Source: Legionellales bacterium (GTDB lineage Bacteria > Pseudomonadota > Gammaproteobacteria > Comchoanobacterales > Comchoanobacteraceae). From it: a stretch of DNA of 64,000 nt. Location: the NCBI GenBank assembly GCA_018664045.1, contig JABJPE010000084.1:551-64550 (forward strand), in the 5' to 3' direction. The notes beneath the pieces were generated by a model, which did no database searches, was not told the origin of the DNA, and was given only the letters and a program-made list of their open reading frames with translations. Shown here one piece after another: positions 52,894-62,003 of this stretch. Position 1 is the first letter of the stretch, and each line of letters starts with the position of its first letter. A program made the position numbers and the translations under genes.

Positions 52894-54234
52894 TTGGGGA
52901 CTTCTAAATGGGTTAAGGTTCTAGATTGGCTTCAGGCCGATGTAGATGCTGTTGCATATAGTACCTACCTATGCCCTCTGCAAGTTAAACAGGATGATAA
53001 TAACTTGTACTTATTGGCTCCTAATGGCTTTGTTAAAAACGAAATAAATAAAAATTATTTAGATGTTATTCAGCGAGGGTTTGATAAGTTCTTCCCTAAT
53101 GACCGCCTTGTTTGTTCGGTTGTTTTAGGCAGCGTAACTGAGGCTAAGTTTAATGCTGATGTAAAGAAGGGAGAGAGCTCTGGTGAAATAAGTATAGCTC
53201 CTACGCATGACCCTTCTTTTTCAAAATTAAATAGTGAATACACTTTTGATAATTTTGTTGCCGGGTCTTCTAACGAAATTGCTAGAGCAGCTGCTATTAT
53301 GGCAGGTGAAAAACCAGGCGCTTACAATCCATTACTTATATATGGCGTTTCTGGTTTGGGAAAAAGTCATTTACTGCATTCCGCGGGCCATAAAATAATG
53401 GAAAAAAACCCTGCAGCAAAAGTTAAATATTTATCATCTGAGCGCTTTGTGAGCGAGATGGTGACGGCACTACAAAAAAACCAAATAGAAGAGTTTAAGT
53501 CTAAGTTTAGGTCTTTAGATGCTCTTCTTCTAGATGACATCCAGTTCTTTGCAAAAAAAGTTAGAAGCCAGGAAGAGCTTTTCCATACTATAAATTCACT
53601 TTTAGATAGTAACCAACAGATAATAATAACTTCAGATTGTCACCCTAAAGAACAAGAGGGTATTGAGGAGCGTTTGCGATCCCGTTTTTGTTGGGGCTTA
53701 GCTGTTGGTATCGAGCCGCCAGAGCTTGAAACAAGGGTTGCTATTCTTATAAAAAAAGCTGCTGCTGTAGGGGTTGATCTGTCACAGGAAGTTGCTTTTT
53801 TTATATCTGAAAATGTTAAGGCTAATGTTAGAGAGCTAGAAGGAGCGTTAAAGAAGGTTATAGCTAATTCGCATTTTATGGGTGCTGAAATTACATTGCC
53901 TTTTGCACGCGAGGCTCTTAAAGACTTATTGAGCGTTAAGGCTAAGTTTGTAACTATAGACAATATTCAAAAAACGGTCTCTAAGTATTATAATATAAAG
54001 CAGGCAGAATTGCTGTCAGACACAAGGAGGCGTTCTATAGCGCGCCCAAGACAGTTGGCCATGGCTATAGCTAAAAAATTAACCACAAAGAGTCTCCCTG
54101 AAATAGGTGCTGCTTTTGGTGGTAGGGATCATACTACCGTGCTTCATGCGTGTAGAAAAGTTGTTGAGCTACTTAGTAAGGATGTAAGTATTAAAGAGGA
54201 TTGGGATAATTTATTAAGACTATTGTCGGGGTAG
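52894..54234 (+). CDS. dnaA: chromosomal replication initiator protein DnaA
   Basis: YTFDNFVAGSSNE, Walker A YGVSGLGKSHLLHSAGH, LLLDDIQFF and the DNA-binding C-terminus GGRDHTTVLHACRKV. TTG start after GGAGGG. Confidence 0.95.
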   Translation: MGTSKWVKVLDWLQADVDAVAYSTYLCPLQVKQDDNNLYLLAPNGFVKNEINKNYLDVIQRGFDKFFPNDRLVCSVVLGSVTEAKFNADVKKGESSGEISIAPTHDPSFSKLNSEYTFDNFVAGSSNEIARAAAIMAGEKPGAYNPLLIYGVSGLGKSHLLHSAGHKIMEKNPAAKVKYLSSERFVSEMVTALQKNQIEEFKSKFRSLDALLLDDIQFFAKKVRSQEELFHTINSLLDSNQQIIITSDCHPKEQEGIEERLRSRFCWGLAVGIEPPELETRVAILIKKAAAVGVDLSQEVAFFISENVKANVRELEGALKKVIANSHFMGAEITLPFAREALKDLLSVKAKFVTIDNIQKTVSKYYNIKQAELLSDTRRRSIARPRQLAMAIAKKLTTKSLPEIGAAFGGRDHTTVLHACRKVVELLSKDVSIKEDWDNLLRLLSG

Positions 54235-54244
54235 GGGTGTTTTG

Positions 54245-55426
54245 ATGGAAGATGTTTTTGATTTTGCTGACGTGCAAGATAATACTGTTGTTGAGCAAGA
54301 ATTTGAGATTATAGTAGATAGATCTTGTTTTTTGGCGGCATTAAAAATGGTTATTGGTGTTGTTGAGAACTCACAGATACTACAGATTTTATCGCATGTT
54401 AAAATGATTGCTAAAGGTGATCTATTAACCGTTATGGCTACTGATTCTGAGGTTGAATTGGTTAGCTCTTTCAAAATGATGAAAAAAGTAGAAGGTGAGT
54501 TTGCTATAACTGTTCCAGGAAAGAAGTTGCTTGATGTTTTCCGCACGTTGCCAGATGGCGCAAGCGTTTCTATGTCGTGCACAAGAAATTGGGTTAAAAT
54601 ATGTGCTTCTGATAATATTGAGTTTACTTTGTCTGCATTGCCCTCTGAAGGATTCCCGGTTATACGAATGGGATCAGAGATAAAGACTTTTTCACTGCAG
54701 AAATCTAATTTCACATCGTTGCTTAGCAGTTCTTCATTTGCAATGGCCCATAGCGATGTAAGACATTTTTTAAACGGTATGTTGTTTTCTTTTTCTGAGG
54801 ATGTTTTAAAAGTTACTGCTACTGATGGCCACCGTTTGGCTATAGATTTTGCTGGCGTGACATCTGAAGAAGGCTTCTCTGGTGATGCTTCTGCTATTAT
54901 TCCAAGAAAGGCTGTATTAGAGCTCGCCAAGCTAATAGATTCTGCAGAAGGTGTGGTTGAGGTTGCTGTGACAGACCAGCATGTAAAAGTTATGACAGAT
55001 AAGTTTATTTTATCTACCCGTCTTTTAGAGGGTGATTACCCAGATTGCGAGAAATTAATTCCAGATTATGATGGCACTAAAGCTATAGTGTCACGCGTAC
55101 TTTTTAAACAGGCTCTTAGTAGGGCTGCTGTACTGGCTAAAGAAAAGTATCATGGCGTAAGATTGTCTTTTACCGTCGGTCAGCTAAAAATTTCGTCTAC
55201 AAACTCAGATAATGAGAAGGCAGAGGAAGTTTTCCCGGTAGATTATGATGGTGATGAGATAGCAATGGCATTTAATATTTCTTATTTGTTGGATGTTGTT
55301 AATGTATTGTCTTCAACTGATATAGATTTTGTTTTATCGGATCCACAGAAGTGCGTGTTGTTAAAAGAGTATGGTGATGGTGGTTGTGAGGATGCTATTT
55401 ATGTCGTTATGCCTATGACCCTATAG
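54245..55426 (+). CDS. dnaN: DNA polymerase III subunit beta (sliding clamp)
   Basis: LSHVKMIAKGDLLTVMATDSEVEL, ATDGHRLA, EGDYPDCEKLIP and the C-terminal YVVMPMTL. Carries an acidic N-terminal extension of about 19 aa ahead of the usual start of the clamp fold. Confidence 0.93.
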   Translation: MEDVFDFADVQDNTVVEQEFEIIVDRSCFLAALKMVIGVVENSQILQILSHVKMIAKGDLLTVMATDSEVELVSSFKMMKKVEGEFAITVPGKKLLDVFRTLPDGASVSMSCTRNWVKICASDNIEFTLSALPSEGFPVIRMGSEIKTFSLQKSNFTSLLSSSSFAMAHSDVRHFLNGMLFSFSEDVLKVTATDGHRLAIDFAGVTSEEGFSGDASAIIPRKAVLELAKLIDSAEGVVEVAVTDQHVKVMTDKFILSTRLLEGDYPDCEKLIPDYDGTKAIVSRVLFKQALSRAAVLAKEKYHGVRLSFTVGQLKISSTNSDNEKAEEVFPVDYDGDEIAMAFNISYLLDVVNVLSSTDIDFVLSDPQKCVLLKEYGDGGCEDAIYVVMPMTL

Positions 55427-55430
55427 GTTT

Positions 55431-56507
55431 ATGTATTTTACAAGCCTTAAAGCCGATGGTTTTAGAAACTTAAAAAGCGTTGATTTGTCTTTCTCTGAGC
55501 AATTTATGTTTTTTCTTGGCGAAAATGGCAGTGGCAAAACTAGTGTTTTAGAGGCCTTGTATTTTTTGTCTCACGCCAAGTCTTTTAGGGTTAGTAATTT
55601 AAAAAAGTTAATAAGTAATTCTGCTGATGAGTTTTCTTTGTTTTCGTGCTTGGGGTCTGACGCTGGCACATCTAAGATTGGAGTAAGCAGGTCTTCTTCT
55701 GGCAGGCAAAAGATAAAGTATAATGGTGACGTGCTGTCTGGGATTGCTTCTGTCAGCAAGGATGTCCCGGTTCAATTTCTAGATACTGATGCACATAGGT
55801 GCTTTGCTGACGCCCCTTCAAATAGAAGAAAGTTTTTGGATTGGGGTGTGTTTCACGTGGAACATTCTTATTCCCGGTCTTGGCAGTCATACCAAAAGGT
55901 ATTAAGGCAGCGTAATGCAATGCTTAAGTTTGGATCTTCAGAAGATGAAATGTCAGCCTGGACTTCTCAATTAGCTGAGTTGGGCGATATAATAACTGAG
56001 AATAGATCGGTTTATGTTGATGGGTTTATAGATGTTTTTAATAGCGTTTGGGTTGAGTTAATGCCGTCAATGGAGTTGCCACAGATTGAGTTTTCTAAGG
56101 GCTGGGTTGGTGATAATTTATTGGGGTCATTATTGTCTTGCTCTGATCAGGATAGACGTTTTGGTTATACCACTTGTGGCCCTCATCGTTGCGATCTGAA
56201 AATTTTTACTGATGGCGCTGAGGTTTTTGATTACTATTCTCAAGGCCAGCAAAAGGCTTTAACTTATGCACTGAAAGTTGCCCAGGGTATTTACTTGAAA
56301 AAATTAACGGGGCGAGAGGTGGTTTATTTGATTGATGATTTGCCTGCGGAGCTAGATAATATTAGGCTATCTGCTGTTTTGGAATTGCTTGCTAATCATG
56401 CTAGCCAGGTCTTTATAACCGCCATAGAAAAAAAAGATAGCTTTGATTTTGTGGGTCAGGGTTCTGCCTGTTTTGATGTTACAGATGGTTTTGTGAAATC
56501 CATATAG
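55431..56507 (+). CDS. recF: DNA replication and repair protein RecF
   Basis: FRNLKSVDLSFSEQFMFFLGENGSGKTSVLEALYFL, SQGQQKAL and LIDDLPAELD. Confidence 0.93.
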   Translation: MYFTSLKADGFRNLKSVDLSFSEQFMFFLGENGSGKTSVLEALYFLSHAKSFRVSNLKKLISNSADEFSLFSCLGSDAGTSKIGVSRSSSGRQKIKYNGDVLSGIASVSKDVPVQFLDTDAHRCFADAPSNRRKFLDWGVFHVEHSYSRSWQSYQKVLRQRNAMLKFGSSEDEMSAWTSQLAELGDIITENRSVYVDGFIDVFNSVWVELMPSMELPQIEFSKGWVGDNLLGSLLSCSDQDRRFGYTTCGPHRCDLKIFTDGAEVFDYYSQGQQKALTYALKVAQGIYLKKLTGREVVYLIDDLPAELDNIRLSAVLELLANHASQVFITAIEKKDSFDFVGQGSACFDVTDGFVKSI

Positions 56508-56571
56508 TTTAGTGTTGCATATTTTATAAAAAGAGTGCAAATTAATAGGGAGCTTTTTATTGGAGATAAAA

Positions 56572-57081
56572 ATGAAAGGATTTAATATGAGAAAAAGTTT
56601 GTTTTTAATGGGTGTTGTTTTTTGTTTGTCTCAGTTTGGTTGGGCAGATGAATCTTCACAAGATAGTAAGGGGGTAAGTATGACAGATAACGTAACTGCT
56701 AATGAAACTGGGGCTAATTTCTTAGCTAGTATTGGAAAAGAAGAGGGTGCGGTTACTACCGATACCGGTCTTGTATATAAGGTCTTAAATGCTGGTTCTG
56801 GTGGTAGTCCAACTGCAACAAGTACGGTAACTGTTAATTATGAAGGTCGCCTAATAAATGGCAAGGTTTTCGATAGTTCTTATCAGCGTGGTACACCTGC
56901 TAGTTTTGGTGTGTCTGATGTTATTGCTGGATGGACTCAGGCCTTACAATTAATGCAGGCTGGTAGTACTTGGGAATTGTATATACCTGCAAACTTAGCT
57001 TATGGTGAGCGTGGTGTTCCAGATGTAATACCTTCAAACAGTGTTCTTATCTTTAAAGTTGAGTTAATAAGCTTTAACTAA
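56572..57081 (+). CDS. secreted FKBP-type peptidyl-prolyl cis-trans isomerase (short Mip/FklB-like)
   Basis: Signal peptide MKGFNMRKSLFLMGVVFCLSQFGWA. FKBP core VTVNYEGRLINGKVFDSSY...VIAGWTQALQLM...LAYGERG...LIFKVELI. The ATG at 56572 follows GGAG. Confidence 0.88.
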   Translation: MKGFNMRKSLFLMGVVFCLSQFGWADESSQDSKGVSMTDNVTANETGANFLASIGKEEGAVTTDTGLVYKVLNAGSGGSPTATSTVTVNYEGRLINGKVFDSSYQRGTPASFGVSDVIAGWTQALQLMQAGSTWELYIPANLAYGERGVPDVIPSNSVLIFKVELISFN

Positions 57082-57095
57082 GTTTTTAAATATTT

Positions 57096-57122
57096 AAAAA
57101 GGGAGCTTTGCTCCCTTTTTTT
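57096..57122. terminator. bidirectional rho-independent terminator between the FKBP gene and glmS
   Basis: AAAAA-GGGAGC-TTT-GCTCCC-TTTTTTT forms a perfect 6-bp GC-rich stem flanked by an A-run and a T-run. Confidence 0.8.
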
Positions 57123-57171
57123 GTGTTTATTTTATATTGATACCTTGTTGTTATTTGTTGCAAATAAAATA

Positions 57172-58986
57172 TTACTCTACGGTTACAGATTTTGCTAGGT
57201 TTCTTGGCTGATCTACATCGTGCCCTTTATAAAGAGCGACATAGTAAGCTAGCAGCTGAAGTGGTATGTTTATTGTTATTGGCGACAGTTCAAAACACTG
57301 TTTCTTTAAAACAAGACTTGTCACGGTGTTTTTAAGTCTTTCCTCAACCCCTAGCTCCCCAACACATATAATATTGCCGCCACGGGCCTCTATTTCTTCC
57401 AAATTACTAAGGTTTTTTTCTAATAAAAAATTGTTTGGCAATATATATATTGCATATATGTTTTTATCGACTAAAGCTAGCGGCCCATGTTTTAACTCTC
57501 CTGCTGCATATGCATTTGCATTTAAGTAAGACAGTTCTTTTAATTTTAGTGCTCCTTCTTGTGCTATTGGGTAGTGAACATTTCTGCCTAAAAAAATAAC
57601 ATTTTCTGCGGCTATCAATTTTTTTGCAATCTCTGAAATTGATTCTTCTTGTGCAAGTACTGCTTTTATTTGTTCGGGTAATTGCGTAGCTTCTTTTTTT
57701 ATCTTTGCTATTCTGTTTAGATCTTTCCCGTTTATTTTTCCAAACTCAAGGCTTAAAAATAATAGACATATTAGCTGTGCGGTAAACGCTTTTGTTGAGG
57801 CGACACCTATTTCTTTATCAGCATTTATGTTAATAAAAAAATCTGCTTCTCGTGCCATTGTGCTGTGGGATTCATTACATAGCGCTAAGTTTGCAAGTTT
57901 GTTTTTAGTGTTTCTTAATACAGCCAGCGTATCTGCCGTTTCTCCACTTTGTGATATGTATATTAAAAATGTGCTGTCATCATGTATGTTTTTTTTGTAG
58001 CGGTATTCACTTGCTATATCTACGCTGGTAGATATTTCTGCAATATCTTCAAGCCAATATTTTGCAACGTGACCTGCATTAAAGCTAGTGCCGCAGGCTA
58101 TTATTTTTATTTGCTTAACTTGTCGCAGGCATGTTTGTAATTTTTCATCGCTAAAAGGGTTGGAGTCACTTAAATATGCATCTATTAATGTTGATGCCAT
58201 TTTATGCTGATAATGAATTTCTTTGTGCATAAAGTGTTTATGCCCATCGAGTGAGTTGTTGGATATATTTATTTGAGTTGAGTGTATTTTAGGTTTTTTT
58301 ATATCACCATTCTCATCGTATATAATAACTTCATTTATCTTTAAAATAGCTATATCATTATTTTCTAAATACATAAATTTGTTTGTTAGCTCTAGTAGGG
58401 CAATTTGATCTGATGCAACATAATTTCCATCTTTTGACAGTCCTATAACAAGAGGGCTGTCCTTTGTTATGGTGTATACAGTATTTTTATCATTATTGTC
58501 GATGGCTGCAACTGCAAAACTGCCTTTTAGTTTTTTCATGGCAATTTTAAATGCACTAAACATTGTGGTGTTAGGTTTTATGTTTGAGTGAATTAAATGC
58601 GCTATTACTTCTGAGTCTGTATCTGAATTATGCTTGTACCCTTGCTGTTCTAGTTCTTTTTTTATTGCGCTAAAATTTTCAATAATACCATTATGCACTA
58701 TAGCTATTCTTTCCCCCGATATATGAGGGTGGGCATTTTGTTTATTTACTTTGCCATGAGTTGCCCAGCGCGTATGAGCAATCCCTATTTGGTGTTTATT
58801 ATTGGTTATTACTCTGTCTTTTAGTCCTTTTACTTTTCCTACATTCTTAAATGTAGTTAGGGTGTTGTTATTATCTATTATGCTAATACCAGCTGAATCA
58901 TAACCACGATATTCGAGGTAGCTAAGGCCATTCAGTAGAGTTTGTTTTATATCATAAGTACTTATGCCAGCGACAATTCCACACAT
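57172..58986 (-). CDS. glmS: glutamine--fructose-6-phosphate aminotransferase (isomerizing)
   Basis: MCGIVAGIS (N-terminal catalytic Cys), HTRWATHG and the C-terminal DQPRNLAKSVTVE. Confidence 0.97.
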   Translation of the reverse strand: MCGIVAGISTYDIKQTLLNGLSYLEYRGYDSAGISIIDNNNTLTTFKNVGKVKGLKDRVITNNKHQIGIAHTRWATHGKVNKQNAHPHISGERIAIVHNGIIENFSAIKKELEQQGYKHNSDTDSEVIAHLIHSNIKPNTTMFSAFKIAMKKLKGSFAVAAIDNNDKNTVYTITKDSPLVIGLSKDGNYVASDQIALLELTNKFMYLENNDIAILKINEVIIYDENGDIKKPKIHSTQINISNNSLDGHKHFMHKEIHYQHKMASTLIDAYLSDSNPFSDEKLQTCLRQVKQIKIIACGTSFNAGHVAKYWLEDIAEISTSVDIASEYRYKKNIHDDSTFLIYISQSGETADTLAVLRNTKNKLANLALCNESHSTMAREADFFININADKEIGVASTKAFTAQLICLLFLSLEFGKINGKDLNRIAKIKKEATQLPEQIKAVLAQEESISEIAKKLIAAENVIFLGRNVHYPIAQEGALKLKELSYLNANAYAAGELKHGPLALVDKNIYAIYILPNNFLLEKNLSNLEEIEARGGNIICVGELGVEERLKNTVTSLVLKKQCFELSPITINIPLQLLAYYVALYKGHDVDQPRNLAKSVTVE

Positions 58987-59059
58987 GCTATTTCTCTTAA
59001 AAGGTTTACCCTAACAAAGTTAGGCTTAAAAATAAAGCTTAATTTTTGTGATTTTATTG

Positions 59060-60412
59060 TTATTTTTCTGACCACTTATCTATAACTACTTGCCTAGATC
59101 TTGCTATTGTCAATTTTTCTGCAGGGGTATCGTTGGTAATGCATGAGCCGGCCCCTATATATGAGCCCTTATTAATCGTTAGTGGGGCAATAAGCTCTGT
59201 GCCGCTGCCAATAAATGCATTATCCTCAATTTTGGTTTTGTGTTTAGTTTTGCCATCATAATTACACGTTATGGTGCCCGCGCCAATATTAACCCCTGTA
59301 CCAATTTCAGCATCACCTAAATAAGAAAGGTGGTTCGCTTTGCTTCCATCTCCTAGAGTTGTGTTTTTTGCCTCAACAAACGCGCCAAGCTTGGCATCTT
59401 TTTTTATGTTGCAGTTAGCTCTTACATAAGCAAATGGGCCAATTTGGGCATTTTTCGAGATGAGAGATCCTATTACAATACTACTAGCTTTAATAATGGC
59501 ATTTTCTTCAATGGTCGCATCTTCAAGAATGCAGTTAGCTTCAATTTCGCAGCCTGCTTTAAGTGTTACTATGCCTTTTATGGTTACGTTATTGGCTATT
59601 TTAACCCCAGCATCTGCATTTATCGTACCGTGACAGTTAAAGCTTTCTGGCTTGGTTATTCTAACCCCTTTAATCATTAATTTATTCGCTATTTGTAGCT
59701 GGTAATAGTTTTCAAGTTTTGCAAGTTCCACAAAATTATTTATGCCAAGCACAGTCATAGGATCAGTGGCCGCTACCGTTACTACTTTGGCATTATGCTG
59801 TAGCCAAAGAGGGATAATTGCAGGCAAGTAATACTCTCCTTGGTTATTATTATTTTTAATTAATTTTAATGCTTGTGTTAGAAATTTAGTAGGCGCGGTT
59901 ATTATACCTGTTGATATTTCTTTTATCTTTTTCTCAGCATCACTTGCATCTTTTTCTTCAGTGATGGCGCTTAGATTATTATTTTTATTTCTTATAATTC
60001 TCCCAAAGCCAAATGGATTTTCAGGTGTTGCTGTTATCAAACCAACAGAGTTTTTACTTTGCTCTAGCAGCCTGATTAGCTCGCAGCTAGGCACTAGCGG
60101 GGTGTCGCCACACAGAACAAGAGATTGACTGGCGTTTATATAGGGTAGGGCGGCAGCTACTGCATGAGCTGTGCCTAGTTGCTGCTGTTGCTCGACCCAG
60201 GTGACATCAGAATCAGTTATATAAGCTTTATACAGACTTAAATCACCGCTGTAGACTATAATGATTTGGGCAGGGGATATGTCTTTAACAGTTGTAACTA
60301 TATGCGCTAAAATTGCTTTGCCAGCAACAATGTTGAGGGGTTTTGGTAGCGGTGAGTGCATCCTTTTACCCTTGCCGGCTGCCAAAATTACAATGGCATA
60401 ATCATTTTTCAT
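59060..60412 (-). CDS. glmU: bifunctional UDP-N-acetylglucosamine pyrophosphorylase / GlcN-1-P N-acetyltransferase
   Basis: AIVILAAGKGKRMHSPLPKPL, followed by a long left-handed beta-helix hexapeptide-repeat C-terminal half. Confidence 0.95.
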   Translation of the reverse strand: MKNDYAIVILAAGKGKRMHSPLPKPLNIVAGKAILAHIVTTVKDISPAQIIIVYSGDLSLYKAYITDSDVTWVEQQQQLGTAHAVAAALPYINASQSLVLCGDTPLVPSCELIRLLEQSKNSVGLITATPENPFGFGRIIRNKNNNLSAITEEKDASDAEKKIKEISTGIITAPTKFLTQALKLIKNNNNQGEYYLPAIIPLWLQHNAKVVTVAATDPMTVLGINNFVELAKLENYYQLQIANKLMIKGVRITKPESFNCHGTINADAGVKIANNVTIKGIVTLKAGCEIEANCILEDATIEENAIIKASSIVIGSLISKNAQIGPFAYVRANCNIKKDAKLGAFVEAKNTTLGDGSKANHLSYLGDAEIGTGVNIGAGTITCNYDGKTKHKTKIEDNAFIGSGTELIAPLTINKGSYIGAGSCITNDTPAEKLTIARSRQVVIDKWSEK

Positions 60413-60436
60413 GTTAGTTCTCTATATTTAAGTGGA

Positions 60437-61813
60437 TTACAGGTCGCTAGAATTATTTTTTGGGCCTGTTAATTCAACTTGTTGTAATTTTTGATCACCC
60501 TCTTCTTCTTCTTCTTCTTTGGGTAAGACATTTCCATATTCTCTCGACCCATCGTGAAGGTCTTTGTCGTTTATGGCAGTTACACATGCTTCTCCATAAA
60601 GTTTATTAACTGCTATTTGTTCACTATGCTTATCATTTAGATATGCATGGCTAAAACCTAGCGTAGCCCCTATGATTGTTAGGCTGATAGCCATAAGAGT
60701 GAAGTGTGCGGTTAAAAACACTAAGTTTATTGTCATCGGGACTATAAAATAAGCTAGTCCTAGTCCTGCAAGACCTCCCAGTATTGTTTTTGTAAGGTAG
60801 GTGTGATAGCGTTTTGACTCAAAGTCTTTTTTTTCTTTTAAGTTTTTATTTTGTTTGGCACCAATTTCTTCTCGAGGAAATTCGGGAGACACTGTTTGCA
60901 TATTAGCAACGTCTTTTAAAGTGACGGTAGCAGTACTAGGTTCGACATTCATATCCTTAGTGACGCCGAGTGAATTTCTTCCACCAAGCTTAACAACATA
61001 TTCAGCTATTGTGAGACTGGTCCAGCTATTATTGTGCTTGTTATACTTAATTATCTTTTCCCCATATGAACTTTCATCTCTTTTTTGTAAAAGGTCATAT
61101 ATTGTATTCTCATCCTCTCCATAAGATTCATTTAACATATTTTCTATCGCTTTTTGTTTTATATAGTCTGCAAAAAAAACAATAATTTCTGCTACACCTT
61201 GAGCATATATAGGTATACTTATAGCTAATGATAATGGTGAATGCTTGTCTTTATTTTTAGGGTTCAGATCACGCTTTACTCTGTTAAATAATTCATAAAA
61301 ATCAGTTAAAATAGTTCTGCCATCTAAGCTTGGAGATATTGGATCACTTGTATCCAAGTTTTTTATTAGATAATGCATTATTGTATCGTTGCCTGTATTA
61401 TCACTTCCTGTTGCATAGTGATTATATAGGACTTCAATTTGCTGTTCTTTCAAATCTTTTATAAAGGCAGCGACAATCTTCCACTGCTTCATACGGATTA
61501 GATAGCAAAAAGGACTTTCACCTTTTTTAATTTTTTTAATACCCATCGTAGAAGCAGTTGTCATAAAATCAAACAAAACGCCTTTATGTTTGTTCTTAAA
61601 AATGGTTTCCAGGAAGCTCCAATTATCATTTTTTAGCGCATAAAGTAAAGCACACTCATCTGGAGCAAAAGATTTTCCTTTTGCTGATGATGGCTCTAGC
61701 ATTTTTTTTATATACTCGCTGTTTTCTAGATTATTTATGTCTTTAGCTGTTAGTTCTATTTTATTAATCATCACTTTTAAAACTTTTTTTGAAATTTCAC
61801 TTCCTGTTATCAT
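60437..61813 (-). CDS. orphan protein: degenerate ankyrin-like repeats, central TM hairpin, Glu-rich C-terminal tail (candidate secreted effector)
   Basis: ANK-like units GESPFCYLIRMKQWKIVAAFIKDL, GNDTIMHYLIKNLD and DKHSPLSLAISIP. Bilobed hydrophobic stretch at aa 343-390 (nt 60644..60787). Tail LPKEEEEEEGDQK. Good RBS (GGAGG). Confidence 0.5.
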   Translation of the reverse strand: MITGSEISKKVLKVMINKIELTAKDINNLENSEYIKKMLEPSSAKGKSFAPDECALLYALKNDNWSFLETIFKNKHKGVLFDFMTTASTMGIKKIKKGESPFCYLIRMKQWKIVAAFIKDLKEQQIEVLYNHYATGSDNTGNDTIMHYLIKNLDTSDPISPSLDGRTILTDFYELFNRVKRDLNPKNKDKHSPLSLAISIPIYAQGVAEIIVFFADYIKQKAIENMLNESYGEDENTIYDLLQKRDESSYGEKIIKYNKHNNSWTSLTIAEYVVKLGGRNSLGVTKDMNVEPSTATVTLKDVANMQTVSPEFPREEIGAKQNKNLKEKKDFESKRYHTYLTKTILGGLAGLGLAYFIVPMTINLVFLTAHFTLMAISLTIIGATLGFSHAYLNDKHSEQIAVNKLYGEACVTAINDKDLHDGSREYGNVLPKEEEEEEGDQKLQQVELTGPKNNSSDL

Positions 61814-62003
61814 AATATAACCTCCATTTAGATTATTTGATTTTAACTTGTTAATACATTGTTTTTCAACGTTTTACTTGGTTTTATTTAAATTTTTACA
61901 ATTAACAATAAAAATATTGTTGTTTTTTACTGGTTGTTGCGGCTATATTGTTATGATAAATAATATATTTATTTTATATTTTATCTAGCGTAGGGTTTTA
62001 TTT

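Noticed and set aside
54220-54930. 236-aa ORF on the minus strand, plus similar long ORFs at 40729..41340, 31691..32200, 47396..47854, 25572..25952, 273..716 and 828..1208
   Set aside because: Each lies entirely antisense to a strongly recognisable conserved gene (dnaN, gyrB, rho, mnmG, pgk, MFS). They have biased S/I/L-rich low-complexity translations and no RBS or family resemblance. They are shadow ORFs.
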